Source: Mobula hypostoma (lineage: Eukaryota). Taken from it: a DNA stretch of 64,000 nt. The stretch lies in contig NC_086108.1 in assembly GCF_963921235.1 (NCBI RefSeq), positions 71,426,001 to 71,490,000 on the forward strand, in the 5' to 3' direction. Positions 52,687 through 64,000 of the stretch are shown piece after piece. Under the pieces are notes generated by a model that had not been told where the DNA came from, did not search any database, and saw only the letters and a program-made list of their open reading frames with translations. Position numbers and translations under genes: made by a program. How positions within the stretch are numbered: position 1 is the stretch's first letter; the number at the start of each line of letters is the position of its first letter.

Positions 52687-53113
52687 TGTCACGGTCCCAA
52701 CTGTTAATTCCTCATTTTCTCCTAATTCCCTTTGATGGCGGCACACTTGATTCTCATCAAGACCAGCAGCATAAAAATCCCGGCTTTGCATCCACTCGTT
52801 GCCAGATCGTTGTTTAGCCAGTGTGGTAACTAACGTTCCCGGCCACTTAGGATTGTGTATTCTAAGTTTTACCTCAGTACTGAGGTTTACCTGTGTAACT
52901 CTGTCTCTCCATGTCAAGATAAGTACTGTCTACCGTTTGCCTTTCTACGCTCCATGTCAAGATAAGGGTTGCCTGCCGCCTGCCTTTCTGTTTGCCGTTC
53001 AACTCCAGCAACGTTTCGTGTCAGGTTCCAGCTATGCTCACGCCTTCGTCTGCATCCTAACCCAATCTCCGTGTCAGTGTCCTGCGTTTGGGTTTGCTCC
53101 GTTCCCTGCAATA
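52687..53113 (+). repeat. 3' LTR
   Basis: Copy of the 5' LTR; terminal CA mutated to TA; preceded by the PPT. Confidence 0.95.
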
Positions 53114-53170
53114 CTCCTGTGTCTCTGGTTGGTTGCTATGGTTTACTAGTGGTCCAGCACCTCTGAGATA

Positions 53171-53698
53171 CAGTATTGTGTTATAGCCTTAGGCACATAT
53201 ATACAGCTTGGGTGCCTAAGATAGGTTGGAGGGGCAACACCTCATATACCATCTAGGTAGTCTCCAGCCTCTTGGCATGAACATCGAGTTCTCCAACTTC
53301 TGGTAATTCCCTCCCCCTCCCTTCCCCTATCCCTATTTCACTCTGCCCCTTCCCCCAGCTGCCTATCACCTCCCTCATGGTTCTGCCTCCTTCTACTACC
53401 CATTGTGTTTTCCCCTATTCTTTCTTCACCTTTCCTGCCTATCACCTGCCTGCTTCCCTTCCCCCACCCCTTTATCTTTCCCCTTACTGGTTTTTCACCT
53501 GGAACCTACCAGCCTTCTCCTCCCCACCCTCCCCCCACCTTCTTTATAGGGCCTCTGCCCCTTCCCTCTTCAGTCCTGACGAATGGTCTCGGCCCGAAAC
53601 GTTGACTGTTCGTTTCCACGGATGCTGCCTGACCTGCTGAGTTCCTGCAGCGTTTTGTGCATGTTGCTAGGGTGCCTAAGACTTTTGCACAGCACTGC
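53171..53698. mobile_element. Tiny Tc1-like MITE split by a Penelope-like 3' fragment (about 53222-53666)
   Basis: MITE ends CAGTATTGTG... and ...CTTTTGCACAGCACTG; duplicated GGGTGCCTAAGA flanks the insert, which encodes LE.QHLIYHLGSLQPLGMNIEFSNF.* (GIY-YIG C-terminus-like). Confidence 0.7.
53571..53608 (+). ncRNA. Minimal type I hammerhead ribozyme motif
   Basis: CAGUC-CUGACGA-AUGGUCUCGGCCC-GAAAC-GUU-GACUG. Confidence 0.55.
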
Positions 53699-54099
53699 AG
53701 TAATTTTATATATTGCACTGTACTGTTGCCACAAAAAAAAATGCATTTCATGACATATGTGAGTGATGAAAAACCTGATTCTGATATGGATCCCTATAGT
53801 GATCTGAGGGTGGGGAGGGAGCAGAGAGAGGGGAATCATGGTTGGGAAAAGAGCAATGGTGAGACGAGGGAGTAGGGAGCACCAGAGAGACATCCTGTAA
53901 TGATCAATAAACCAATTGTTTGGAATCACATGACCTTGCCTGGTGTCTCAGGACTGAGTGTGTCCGCACGCACGTCACACCCCCACCCTCTGCCCCGGCA
54001 CACCTTCTCTGCCACCTGTCGCAAGCCCCTCCTGTGGTTTCCAGCCTCCTTTGCTCCCGCCAGATTTACAACTTGCTCTCCACTTCATGTTGACAAATA

Positions 54100-54163
54100 C
54101 AGTACTGTGCAAAGGTCTTAAGCACCCATATGTTTATGTACCTACGACTTTTGCAGAGTGCTG
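54100..54163. mobile_element. About 64-bp Tc1-like palindromic MITE
   Basis: TA-CAGTACTGTGCAAAGGTC...GACTTTTGCAGAGTGCTG; unsplit relative of 53171..53698. Confidence 0.6.
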
Positions 54164-54949
54164 TGTTTGCTCAAGCTTTGGTGCGTGATCTACTGTAATC
54201 AGCACAGGGACAATTTTCAAAAAGAATGTCTTGTTCTTTTCCAAGAGAGAACCTTCAAACTAACAGAAAGCCAAATGTTTACCGGCTCAGTTAGCTTCCT
54301 GCACAGTTTGGAATGTGTGTCATAAAAATTTGACAGATTAATTGTGAAAAACATAAAAGATGTTGTGAAGGTTACTTTGTAAAAATAAATCCACAGTTCT
54401 GTAACACATGCATTTGTTATTAAAGGCCTGACTTCAGAAATTGCCAGGCTGCTCCCATCTCACACAGTACAGGCTGTTAATGGCAGGTCACAAGCATTCT
54501 AACCATTTATCCCTGGAGTCTGGGTATCATTCCAATCAGATTGCTAGGATATTGTTATTTTTTGAAGACCCTAAGGAAGGAAGTGAGCCCCCATCCCCAG
54601 TTTTCTTGCATCTGTGTCATATTCCTGGTTAAAGTGCCCAAGCTTTTCAAATAAAAAGCAGTCCACGTTAATAAGATTTCCCAATTAGTCTTGTGAAGAC
54701 TGGAGCCCCTTTATGGCCTTCCATGAGCAGTATGCTCTCAACTATTCAGTACTTATGGTTGGGTTTTGCTACTTCAATCACGCCCTCACACACATATAAT
54801 TGGTCTCACCATCAGCGAGAATGGGGATATCTTGGAGACGACACCTCCTGTTGACTGATTACATTTTCATTAATATTTAAAAACCCGATGGGCTGAGTCT
54901 GTTCTTATGTTTATAGTCTAATATTCATGCTACATGTGATATGTAATAT

Positions 54950-55950
54950 GTGGTCGGACCCGTTGTTTCAGATGACCTACACTGGTTCATTGCCCGTTGC
55001 TGTGATTTAGTATACGTGTAGCTCCTGTGCGGCAACTTCTCAGTAGCTAATATGCCATATTGACAGAGCCGGGTGCTGCTCCTGGCATACCTGGTCTACG
55101 CTATTCACTGAGTGGGGTCAATCCCCTGCTCTGAAGGTATCGACATGGTCATGAGGCTACAGACTGCGTGTACACTCCTGCTGCTGCTGATGGTCTACAC
55201 TCACTCATGTACGCTCAGCTTTGAGTGGATAAGCCTGCTCTGACGGCATCCCACTTAGGAAGAGAATGCTGCCACACAACACGATGAAGGGTATCCTCTG
55301 TAGGACGACAGGACTGTACGCTGGTCACTTCTACCAATGCCATCATGAACAAATGCATGGTCGCAGGTAGATTGGTGAGGACAAGATCGAGTAAGTTTAT
55401 TGCTCTTGTTGGGTTGATCCTACTTGTCACAAACAGAATGTAGTAGCTGTTTTCTTCAGGATACATCTAGCTTGGTCAGTCCTTGTGTTATCAAGGCATT
55501 GAACTGCCCCACACACTTTACAGTCTGTGCCCTTGTAACAGCACACATTCCAGGAGCGTGGAGGAGGTCAGCTTGATCAAGTGGGGGAGATAAACATAGT
55601 AATCAGGAGGAAGTTTCCTTGTCTTTGTTTGACCTGTTTGACAGGATCAGGAGTAGATGTTGAGGATTCTGCAGTCAAGGCTACTCCATCCTGTTCACTT
55701 CCCCCGGTACCATCAGTGCTGTTGGGTCTGGATTCACCCAGGGACGGTAATGGAGATAAGGTGCAATTCTGTGACCATGCTTGTGACTGGCTAGCTGTGG
55801 GAAGCTCTCCAAGTCTAAACACCAGATCCCAGAGGAGGACGTTGCAAGGTTGAAATAATTGGGAGTGACTTGGAACCCATGGCCATAATGTATTCCAATC
55901 AATGGAGAACTGATAGAACTTGGCACCAAAGTTGCTCTGCTGGTTTTTAT
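54950..55950 (-). mobile_element. Old CR1/L2-clade LINE endonuclease-region fragment
   Basis: NLLDLVLTNLPA and TEDTLHRVVW...KWD motifs. Confidence 0.55.
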
Positions 55951-55997
55951 ACCCTACTCTTTAGCTACCTTGTTATGGTAAGTCCTGATTCCTTTTG

Positions 55998-56050
55998 TAA
56001 CTTTGGAAAGGAAAATTACTTTTTTAACTTTGGAAAGGAAAATTACTTTT
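55998..56050. repeat. 27-bp tandem duplication
   Basis: TAACTTTGGAAAGGAAAATTACTTTT occurs twice in tandem. Confidence 0.9.
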
Positions 56051-57769
56051 CTACTAATTATCAACATTGTTAATCAATAGCTAAACGAAACGGGAGTGAA
56101 TAATGCAAAATCTTTTATCAGCTCTGCAAGATGAATGTTGATATTAAAATATGAAGTCTACAATGTTTTAAAATCTTTGATGTCATTACTTATTGCAGCC
56201 CCCTTTATGAAACAACGTGACCTTGACTGTGTGCTGTGTATTTAACATGCTTGAGTGATCTTACTGGTTTTATCTGAAATGGTTACATCAGTTACACCAT
56301 GAGTCCAGCCAAAATTCCACAGTCATGAGCAATGCAAATACAAAAGTAAAATACACTTTATTAGAGAATTGTGGAAAGAAGGATACAGAGCAATAGAGTC
56401 TGGGAAAAAAAAAAGACATCCAACATTAGTACTGGAAAGATTTAGTCTATGACTTAAAGATAATATTGAATGCAACATTAATGTGATGTTTTGAGATTTC
56501 CAACTGCGTATGAATGGGGAATTTATCAACTGATTTATGTGAAACATATTGCTTTTACGTTTAATATTGCTCTCCAGTGTTTCCAATTTGAAAAACGGCA
56601 GAGACAAGGAAGTGGATTAAAATCAGATGAAATCTCTTAAATAGCATGCTTCACAGAAAGATAGTTCAGTGGTTTCAGAGCATTCACAGCTTTTAAGGTG
56701 AGGATGCTTACACACATTCAGCGTCTGGAGGAAATTTTAAAATTTACCCCAAAGTTTTGGAAAAATCATTCAGTTTCATTTAAGAGCTTAATGGGGAATC
56801 TCTAAAATGGGAAAGGGTTGGGATACTTCTTTCCCGCCCTTTAGGACTACAGGGAGCTCAAAGGATTTTCTGGACAAATTTTATCATGATAAGGCCTGGT
56901 TTGGAAGCTTGCCGTATGTTAATTTTGGGAGTTAAGAGTTGTCAGAAAATAAAGAAGATATTCTAAAAATCAAATCAAGTCCTGAGATGTAATTGAAGGA
57001 CACTATATTGTTTCTAGAACACAAAGGTTGCAATTGTTTTTCCCATGGGTTATATGTGTGTAATACCAGATATAGTGAAGATGAAGACACATTCTTGATT
57101 ACTGAGGTCACTTACGTTGACATTGTGGAGCATAGCAGCATTAAGTTACTGGCTAAGTTATGAGTTCATTGTTAAGATGAGTGGAATATTGATTGTTGAG
57201 AAGTGCCCCAGAACTTCATGTCTGTGGAGTAATACCCACACTTACCACTGCCTTATTTGGTTAAAACAAACTTAATTTTTACAGTGTCACTTTTCTGACC
57301 ACACTATTTTGATTCCTAATGACGAGCCTTGTACACAACAGGGTTTTCAAATGTGATGACATCATGTACAAGGGCCAGAATAAACACACTGGCCCCTCAA
57401 GTATAACCTTGCAATAATGTCATGGCTGATCCGATTTCACTCTCATCTCTGTATTCTCACTGCTCTGTAGTAAGCATTAATCTTCCTGCTAATGAAAGGA
57501 CGATCTACTTTTCCTTCCTACCACTGTTTGAGGAAGAGAGTTTCAAAGGTTTTCAGCCTTCTGAAGTAATAAATCATCTCTGTCTGTTATGTTTTCATCA
57601 AGACCCCTTCTCAAACCTTTTCTTCTATACTGTAGTAGGTATAAGCTTAGCTGTCCAAACGTCTGTAGAGGAAATAACTCATCCATTCCAGATCTCAGAC
57701 GTATGGAAGCATCCAAAAGATATTAAAAATCAATCCATTTAATGACTCAAATAGTTTTAAAAGTTCTAT

Positions 57770-60700
57770 GTCTCTTAGTTGCCAGGGAGGTGTTGGACTG
57801 TGTGTAGTGAGAAATGAATTGAAAAGAAGCAGCAGGGGCTGTTGGGATTCTTATGTGTCACAGTTCCCAAGGTGACGTTGGATTGTGCATAGTGGGAGAG
57901 TGATGTTAAAAGAAGCAAGCTGGAAAAGTTGGGACATTCTGTGCGCCACAGTTCCTGAATAGACATTAGGTTATGCGTAGCAGACGAAGGATTTAAAAAA
58001 AATTCAGTGGCAACAGTTGGGACATTCTGCACACTCCAGTTCCCGAGGAGTCATTGGATTGTGCATAATTCGGCACTTGGCAAAGGCCAATAAAAAGAAG
58101 GTAGATTTAAGCGGAGTGGCCATTGTAGGAGTGGGTTAGTGTTAGAGGGAGGAATTGAGGCTTTGATGAGAAGGGATGAAGGATGTAGGTAAATTTTATT
58201 TGTTTAATTTTCTTTCTATCTTTCCCATTGTATTTTTAGAACAGTGGGGATGCCAGACAGGATACCTGAATGCTCCTCTTGTGGGATGTGGGAAGGCAGG
58301 GAGACCTCCACTGTCCCTGACACTATACCTGCGAGAAGTACATCCAGCTATAGCTTCTTTCAGATTGTGTTAAGGAATTGGAGCTGGAGCTGGATGAACT
58401 CCAGATCATTCAGGAGGCTGTGGGGTTGATGGACAGGCCATATAGGGAGATAGTTACACCCAAGGTGCAGAACCTAGGTATCTGGGTTACAATTGGATGG
58501 GGGAAAGGGGATAGGCAGCCAGTTTAGAGTACCCTGTTTCTATTCCCCTCAGTAACCACTATACCACTCTGGATGCAATTGGGGGTGGGGTGGGGGATGA
58601 CATAGCAGAAGAAAGCCACAGCGGTCAGGTCTCTGACACTGTCAGTCTTTGTGGTTCAGTAAGGAAGTGGGGGAGAAGAGGTGAGCTGTAGTGATAGGAG
58701 ATTCAATGGCTAGGGAAACAGGCAGAATGTTCTGTGGACAAGAATGAGATTCCTGGATGGTATGTTCCGTCCCAGCTGCTAGGGCCAGGGACATCTCGGA
58801 TCGAGTCCAAAGCATTCTTAAATGGAAGGATGACCTTGTGGTCCATGTCAGTACCAATGACATGGGTAGGAAGGGTGATGAGGTCCTGCAAAGTGAGTTC
58901 AGGGAGTTAGGTGCTAAGTTAAAGGGCAGGACTGCCAGGGTTGTGATATACCTGTGCCACATGCTGGTGAGGCCAGAAGTGGGAAGATTATACAGTTTAA
59001 CACTTGGCTATGGATATAGGGCAGGAAGGAGATCTTCAGATTTTTGGATTATTGGGCTCACGCAGGGAAGGTGTGACCTGTACATGCAGGGCAGATTGCA
59101 CCTGAACTGGAGGGGGTCTAATATTCTTGTGGGAACGTTTTCCAGTGCTGCACTGCAGGCTTTAAACTGGAGTTTCGGGGGGATGGGAACCAAAATGACA
59201 GAGAAGATAGTGTAGTGGTTGTGGGGAAAGATGTTCTTAAGCCTTCATACAAAGTCAGGAATCGAAATGTTGAGCATAGCAGGACTGATGTTCTGAGTTG
59301 TGTATATTTCAGTGCAAGAGTATTGTAGGAAAGGTGGATCAGTTTAGGGCATGGATCAGCTCGTGGAATTATGACATTGTAGCCTTTAGTGACACTTGGT
59401 TACAGGAGGGAAAGTCCATTGCTTTAGATGTGATAGAGCAGGAGGGATTAAAGGGGAGGGGAACTAGTTAGGGAAAATGCCACGGCAAAGCTCAGACCGC
59501 ACAGGCTGGAGAGTTCGTCACCTGAGGTTATATGGATGGAACTGTGGAATAAGAAATGGGATTATATTATAGATCATCCTATCGTCAGCGAGATTTAGAG
59601 GAGCAAATTTAGGGAGAGATCGCAGACTGCTGCAAGCAACGTAAGGTTGTAATAGTAGGTGATTTGACCTTTCCGCATATTGGCTGGGACTCCCATACTG
59701 TAAAAGGCCTGGATGGGAAAGAGTTTCTCAAAAGTGTTCAGGAAAGTTCCCTAAATTAATAGCTTCTGAAATCAATACACAGAGGTCACAATTAGAAAGG
59801 GTGTGATACTAGATCTCCTATTGGGGAATGAGTCAAGGCATGTAACAGAAGTTTGTGCAGGGGGATTCTTTGCATCTAGTGATCATTATGCATTACTTTC
59901 AAGGTATTTATGGAGCAGAATAGGTCTGGTCCTCAGGTTGAGGTTCTAAATTGTAGAGAGGCCAAATTTGATTACATTAGAAAGGATCTGGCAAGTGCAG
60001 ATTGGGGACTGGTTGTTTTCTGGCAAAGGTGTGCTTGGTAAGCAGGAGGCCTTCAAAGGTGAAATTTTGAGATAGAGTTTGACAGAATAAAAGGCAAGGA
60101 TAACAGATTTATGGAACCTTGGTTTTTGAGAGATATTGAAATGAAGTATTTGAGGAATATAGGAAATGCAAGACGGAACTCAGGAGGGCTAAAAGGAGAC
60201 ATGAGGTTGCTCTGGCAGACAAGGTGAAGGAGAATCCCAGGCACTTCTACATATATATTAAGAGGAAAAGAATAGCAAGGGACAAAATTGGTCCTCTTGA
60301 AAATCAGAGTGGTCGTCTATGCACAGAGCAGAAAGAGTTAGTGGGGGGGGGGGATCTTAAATGGATATTTTGCATTTGTATTTACTCAGGAGGTGAACAT
60401 AGCATCTACAGAAGGGGGACAAAATAGCAGGGAGTTCATGGACCATATATAGATTCCAGAGGAGGAGATGTTTACTTGAAGAGAATTAGGGAGGGTAAAT
60501 CCTCAGAGCCTGACAAGGTGTTCCCTTGGACCTTGTGGGAGGCTAGGGTAGAAATTGCAGTGGCCCTAGCAGAGTTATTTAAAATGTCCTTGTTAATAAT
60601 ATTGTTCTGTTATTTAAAAAGAAAGACTCTAAGAATAAGTCTGGAAATTATAGGCGGGTAAGATTTTGGAAAGTATTCTAAGAGTCTAGATAAGTACGGT

Positions 60701-60780
60701 AAGTATTTGGATAGACAGGGACTAATTAGGGACAATTAACATGGTTTTATGCATTGTATGTCATGTCTAAACAATCTTAG
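57770..60780 (+). mobile_element. CR1 LINE 5' portion: putative 5' UTR, ORF1 (Zn finger/leucine zipper + SGNH esterase) and ORF2 endonuclease; 3' part absent
   Basis: ECSSCGMWE..., KELELELDEL, VVIGDSM and VVHVSTNDMG in ORF1; CVYFSARV, WNYDIVAFSDTWLQ, VVIVGD and SDH motifs in ORF2; decayed. Confidence 0.85.
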
Positions 60781-62990
60781 ACCATAAGACCACAGGATAT
60801 AGGAGCAGAATTAGGCCATTTGGCTCATTCAGTATGCTTCACCATTCCAATATGGCTGATTTATTATCCTTCTCAACTACATTCTCCTGACTTCTCCCCA
60901 TAACCTTTGGTACCCTGACTAATCAAGAACCTATCAACATCTGATTTAAATATACTCCACTTCAACAATGACACGCCAGCACAGATTTACTACCCTCTGG
61001 CTAAAGGAATTCCAGCTCATGTCTGTTCTAAATGGATGACCCTCTACTCTGAGGCTGTGCTCTCTGATCTTAAACTCACCCACTGTAGGAAACATCCTCT
61101 CCACATCCACTTTAACTAGACCTTTCAATATTCGATGGGTTTCAATGAAATCCCCCCCTCATTCTTCTAAACTCCACCAAGTACAGGTGCAGAGCCATCA
61201 AATGTTCCTCATATGTTAATCCTTTTATTCCCAGACTTATTCCTATGAACCTCCTCTGGACCATCTCCAATGCCAGCACATCTTTTCTTAGATAAAAGGC
61301 CCAAAACTGCTCACAATACTCCAAGCGTGTTCTGACTAATACCTTATAAACCTTCAGCATTACATCCTTGCTCTAATATTCTAATCTTCTCAAAATGAAT
61401 GCGAACATTGCATTTGCCTTCCTGATCACTGACTCAACCTGCAAGTTAATCTTTAGGGAACCCTGCACAAGGACTCCTAAGTCCCTTTGCATGTTTGATT
61501 TTTGAATTTTCTCCCTGTTTAGAAAACAGTCTGCAACTTTATTCCTTCTACCAAGATGCATGACCATACATTTCCCAACACTATATTCCATCTGCCACTT
61601 CTCCCAATCTGTCCAAATCCTTCTGCAGGCTCCCTGCTTCCTCAGCACTGCCTGCCCCTCCACTTGTCTTTGTATTGTCTGCAAACTTGGCCACAAAGCT
61701 ATCAATTCCATCATCCAAATCATTGACATATAATATGAAAAGAAGTGGTCCCAACCCAGTCCCTGCAGAACACCACTAGCCAACCATAAAGGCCCTTTTA
61801 TTCCCACTCTTTGCCTCCCACCATTCAACCAATCTTCTATCCATACTTTTACTGGCCCTATAATGCCATAGGCTCTTAACTTGTTAAACAGCGTCATCTG
61901 CAGCACCTTGCCAAAGACCTTCTGAAAACCCAAGTAAACATCTCTTTTGTCTGCCCTTCCCATTATTTCCTTAGAGAATTCCAGCAGATTTGTTAGGCAA
62001 GATTTCCCCTTAAGGAAACCATGTTGTCTTTGGTTTATTTTATCATCTGCCTCCAAGCATCCTGAAACCTCGTCCGTAATAATGGACTCCAATACCTTCC
62101 CAAGCACTGAAGTCAGGTGATCTAGTCTACAGTTTTCTTTCTGCCTCCTTCCCTTCTTAAAGTGTGGAGTGACACTTGCAATTTTCCAGTCCTCCAGAAC
62201 CGTTCTAGAAACCAATGATTCTTGAAAGATCATTACTAATGGCCTCCACAATCTCTTCAGATACCTCTTTCAGAACTCTGGGGTGTAGTCCACCAGATCT
62301 AGGTGATTTATCTACCTTCAGACCTTTCAGCTTCCCAAACATCTTCTCCTTAATAATAGCAACTACACTAACTTCTGTCCTGACACTCTTGAATTTCTGG
62401 CATACTGTTAGTGTCTTCTACAGTGAGGGATGATGCAAAATCTTTTATATGATATGAGAAGTTTATTTTATATAAATGGCTAGCTTCTTTTCATATTTTA
62501 TCTTTTCTCTCCTTATCGCTTTTTAGTTATCTTCTGTTAGTTTTTAAAAGCTTCCCAATCTACTACCCTCCCAATAATTTTCTCTTTTTTGTATGTACTG
62601 TCATTGACTTCCTGCACCTATCCAGCACTTTCTGAATTGCCCCCAGAAACTCCAGCCCCTGCTGTTCCGCTGTCATCCCTGCTTGTATCCCTTTCCAATC
62701 AACTTTGGCCAGCTCCTCTCTCAGCCCCCTGTCATTCCCTTTACTCCGCTTTAATACTGATACATCTGACTTTATCTTCTCCCTCTCAAACTGCAGAGTG
62801 AATTTTATCATATTATGATCACTGTCTCCTAAGGGTTCCCTTACCTTAAGCTCCCTAATCAAATCTGTTTCATTATGCAATGCCCAAGCCATAACTGCCT
62901 TTCCCCTAATGGGCTCAACTACATGCTGCTCTAAAAATCCGCCTAGTAGGTATTGTACAAATTCCTTCTCTTGGGAATCAGAACCAACCT
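60781..62990 (-). mobile_element. CR1 LINE ORF2 (end of endonuclease, RT, 3' UTR), abutting the previous element
   Basis: PLGDSDHNMIKF, QHGFLKGKSCLTNLLEF and LEYCEQFW motifs; (TCTTATGG)-like tail at 60781. Confidence 0.92.
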
Positions 62991-63264
62991 CTACTGCCCT
63001 TAAGTGACTTCAATCCTGAAAAATAGTTCTTTAACCACAATTTTAGCTGTGGCTTCTAATATCTTATTCATTGACATTTTTTTTTAGTTGTTATTCAGCA
63101 GTAGATCACAGTGATTTATCATGGCCAATTGGATTTCTACTTCCTAACGGTAGAGCAAACTGAGACACATTAATGCAAAACATTTCAGTCATTAGATGTT
63201 CTGTTAATAGTATTCCTGATTAAAGTTATTACGCATAGTCATGTACCAAATCGAATTGCATCTG

Positions 63265-63330
63265 CCATGAGACCATAAGACCATCAGACATAGGAGCAGA
63301 ATTAGGCTATTCAGCCCATCGAATCTGCCC
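63265..63330 (-). mobile_element. Very short CR1 3' end
   Basis: GACCATAAGACC...ATAGGAGCAGAATTAGGC, as at 60781. Confidence 0.6.
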
Positions 63331-64000
63331 TTCAAAGTGAGTTGGGCCCTTTGACCAGATTGATAATATCTTTCTGAAGTCTGTTACTATTCTCCATTTT
63401 TGAATATTGCTTCAACTGTATGTTTTAAAGAAAATCCCTAATACCCAAGACAAATTCATGATTATCGATTAAGGAAAGAAGTGGTCCCTATTTTTGAGTA
63501 TTGGCGAATACTTCAAGAAAGTTCCATTTAATCTAGACATAATTCATCAATTTTCTCTGCTCTCAGATGCATCATGTTCACATCGTCATCATTGCTTTAG
63601 TCTTATAGATTTATTTGAGATAAATATTTTACTTTCAAATATCGAAGCACTAAATTTGAAACCAGATTTAAAATATTTTTGACCACCTTCCCAAGTTTTC
63701 TGTCATATTGTCATATCACCTGTTTATTCTTCCCTCTTGTTCATTTTGTCCACACCATTCCTGCTCCTTTGACATTGTTTATAAAGCTTGTTCATAAACA
63801 GTGTGCTTGCATGTATGACCTTCTTGTAGAGAAATGGACTGATGTCAAAGTCTAGACAGAAATATAGGTCATGGTGACATTTTGTCCTTTAACGTAACCT
63901 TCCCCAGCCATCTATATTTTACATAAAACTAATTTATTGTTAAATCAAACCTTCATTTTGTTCCTTGCTTCTCTAACACTTTTCTTGCTTCAGTATATGA

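Larger units (their letters stand above)
47619..53113 (+). mobile_element. Full-length decayed Gypsy chromovirus (Sushi-like) LTR retrotransposon
   Basis: 427-bp LTRs; TSD CTCTT/CTCCT; PPT GAGGGGAGACTAG at 52674-52686. Gag starts MDPVD at about 48062 and has CCHC CLYCGQSGHFLATC. Protease ALLDLGTEGNF, RT YLDD, RNase H VDASD, integrase [14 protein letters not shown] and SDQG, GPF motif and C-terminal chromodomain [16 protein letters not shown]. Many stops and frameshifts. Confidence 0.97.

Noticed and set aside
57770..58105. CRISPR-like repeat-spacer array
   Set aside because: Units are degenerate along their whole length, the context is eukaryotic, and there are no cas genes.

Overview
Repeat-rich vertebrate genomic DNA. 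The repeat repertoire (CR1, Rex1/Babar, Tx1, Penelope-like, V-SINE/HE1-like, Tc1, hAT) suggests a cartilaginous fish, probably a ray (inference). One host gene is clear: the two-coding-exon LURAP1 (10236..10472 + 16567..17154, 274 aa), starting in a CpG island. Most of the rest is interspersed repeat. This includes a full-length but decayed Sushi-like Gypsy chromovirus (47619..53113; 427-bp LTRs about 10% diverged; 5-bp TSD). The most striking observation is a 255-bp intronless, stop-free piece of COMMD10 coding sequence inserted antisense into the integrase-chromodomain linker of this element, with the same TCT trinucleotide at both junctions. The second is a family of TSD-flanked fold-back Penelope-like inserts carrying minimal type I hammerhead ribozyme motifs; one copy folds back exactly at the ribozyme stem II loop to form a 160-bp hairpin in the LURAP1 intron. 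Several orphan exon-like segments are flagged at low confidence. Family assignments come from recalled motifs, not database searches, and boundaries of old repeats are approximate.
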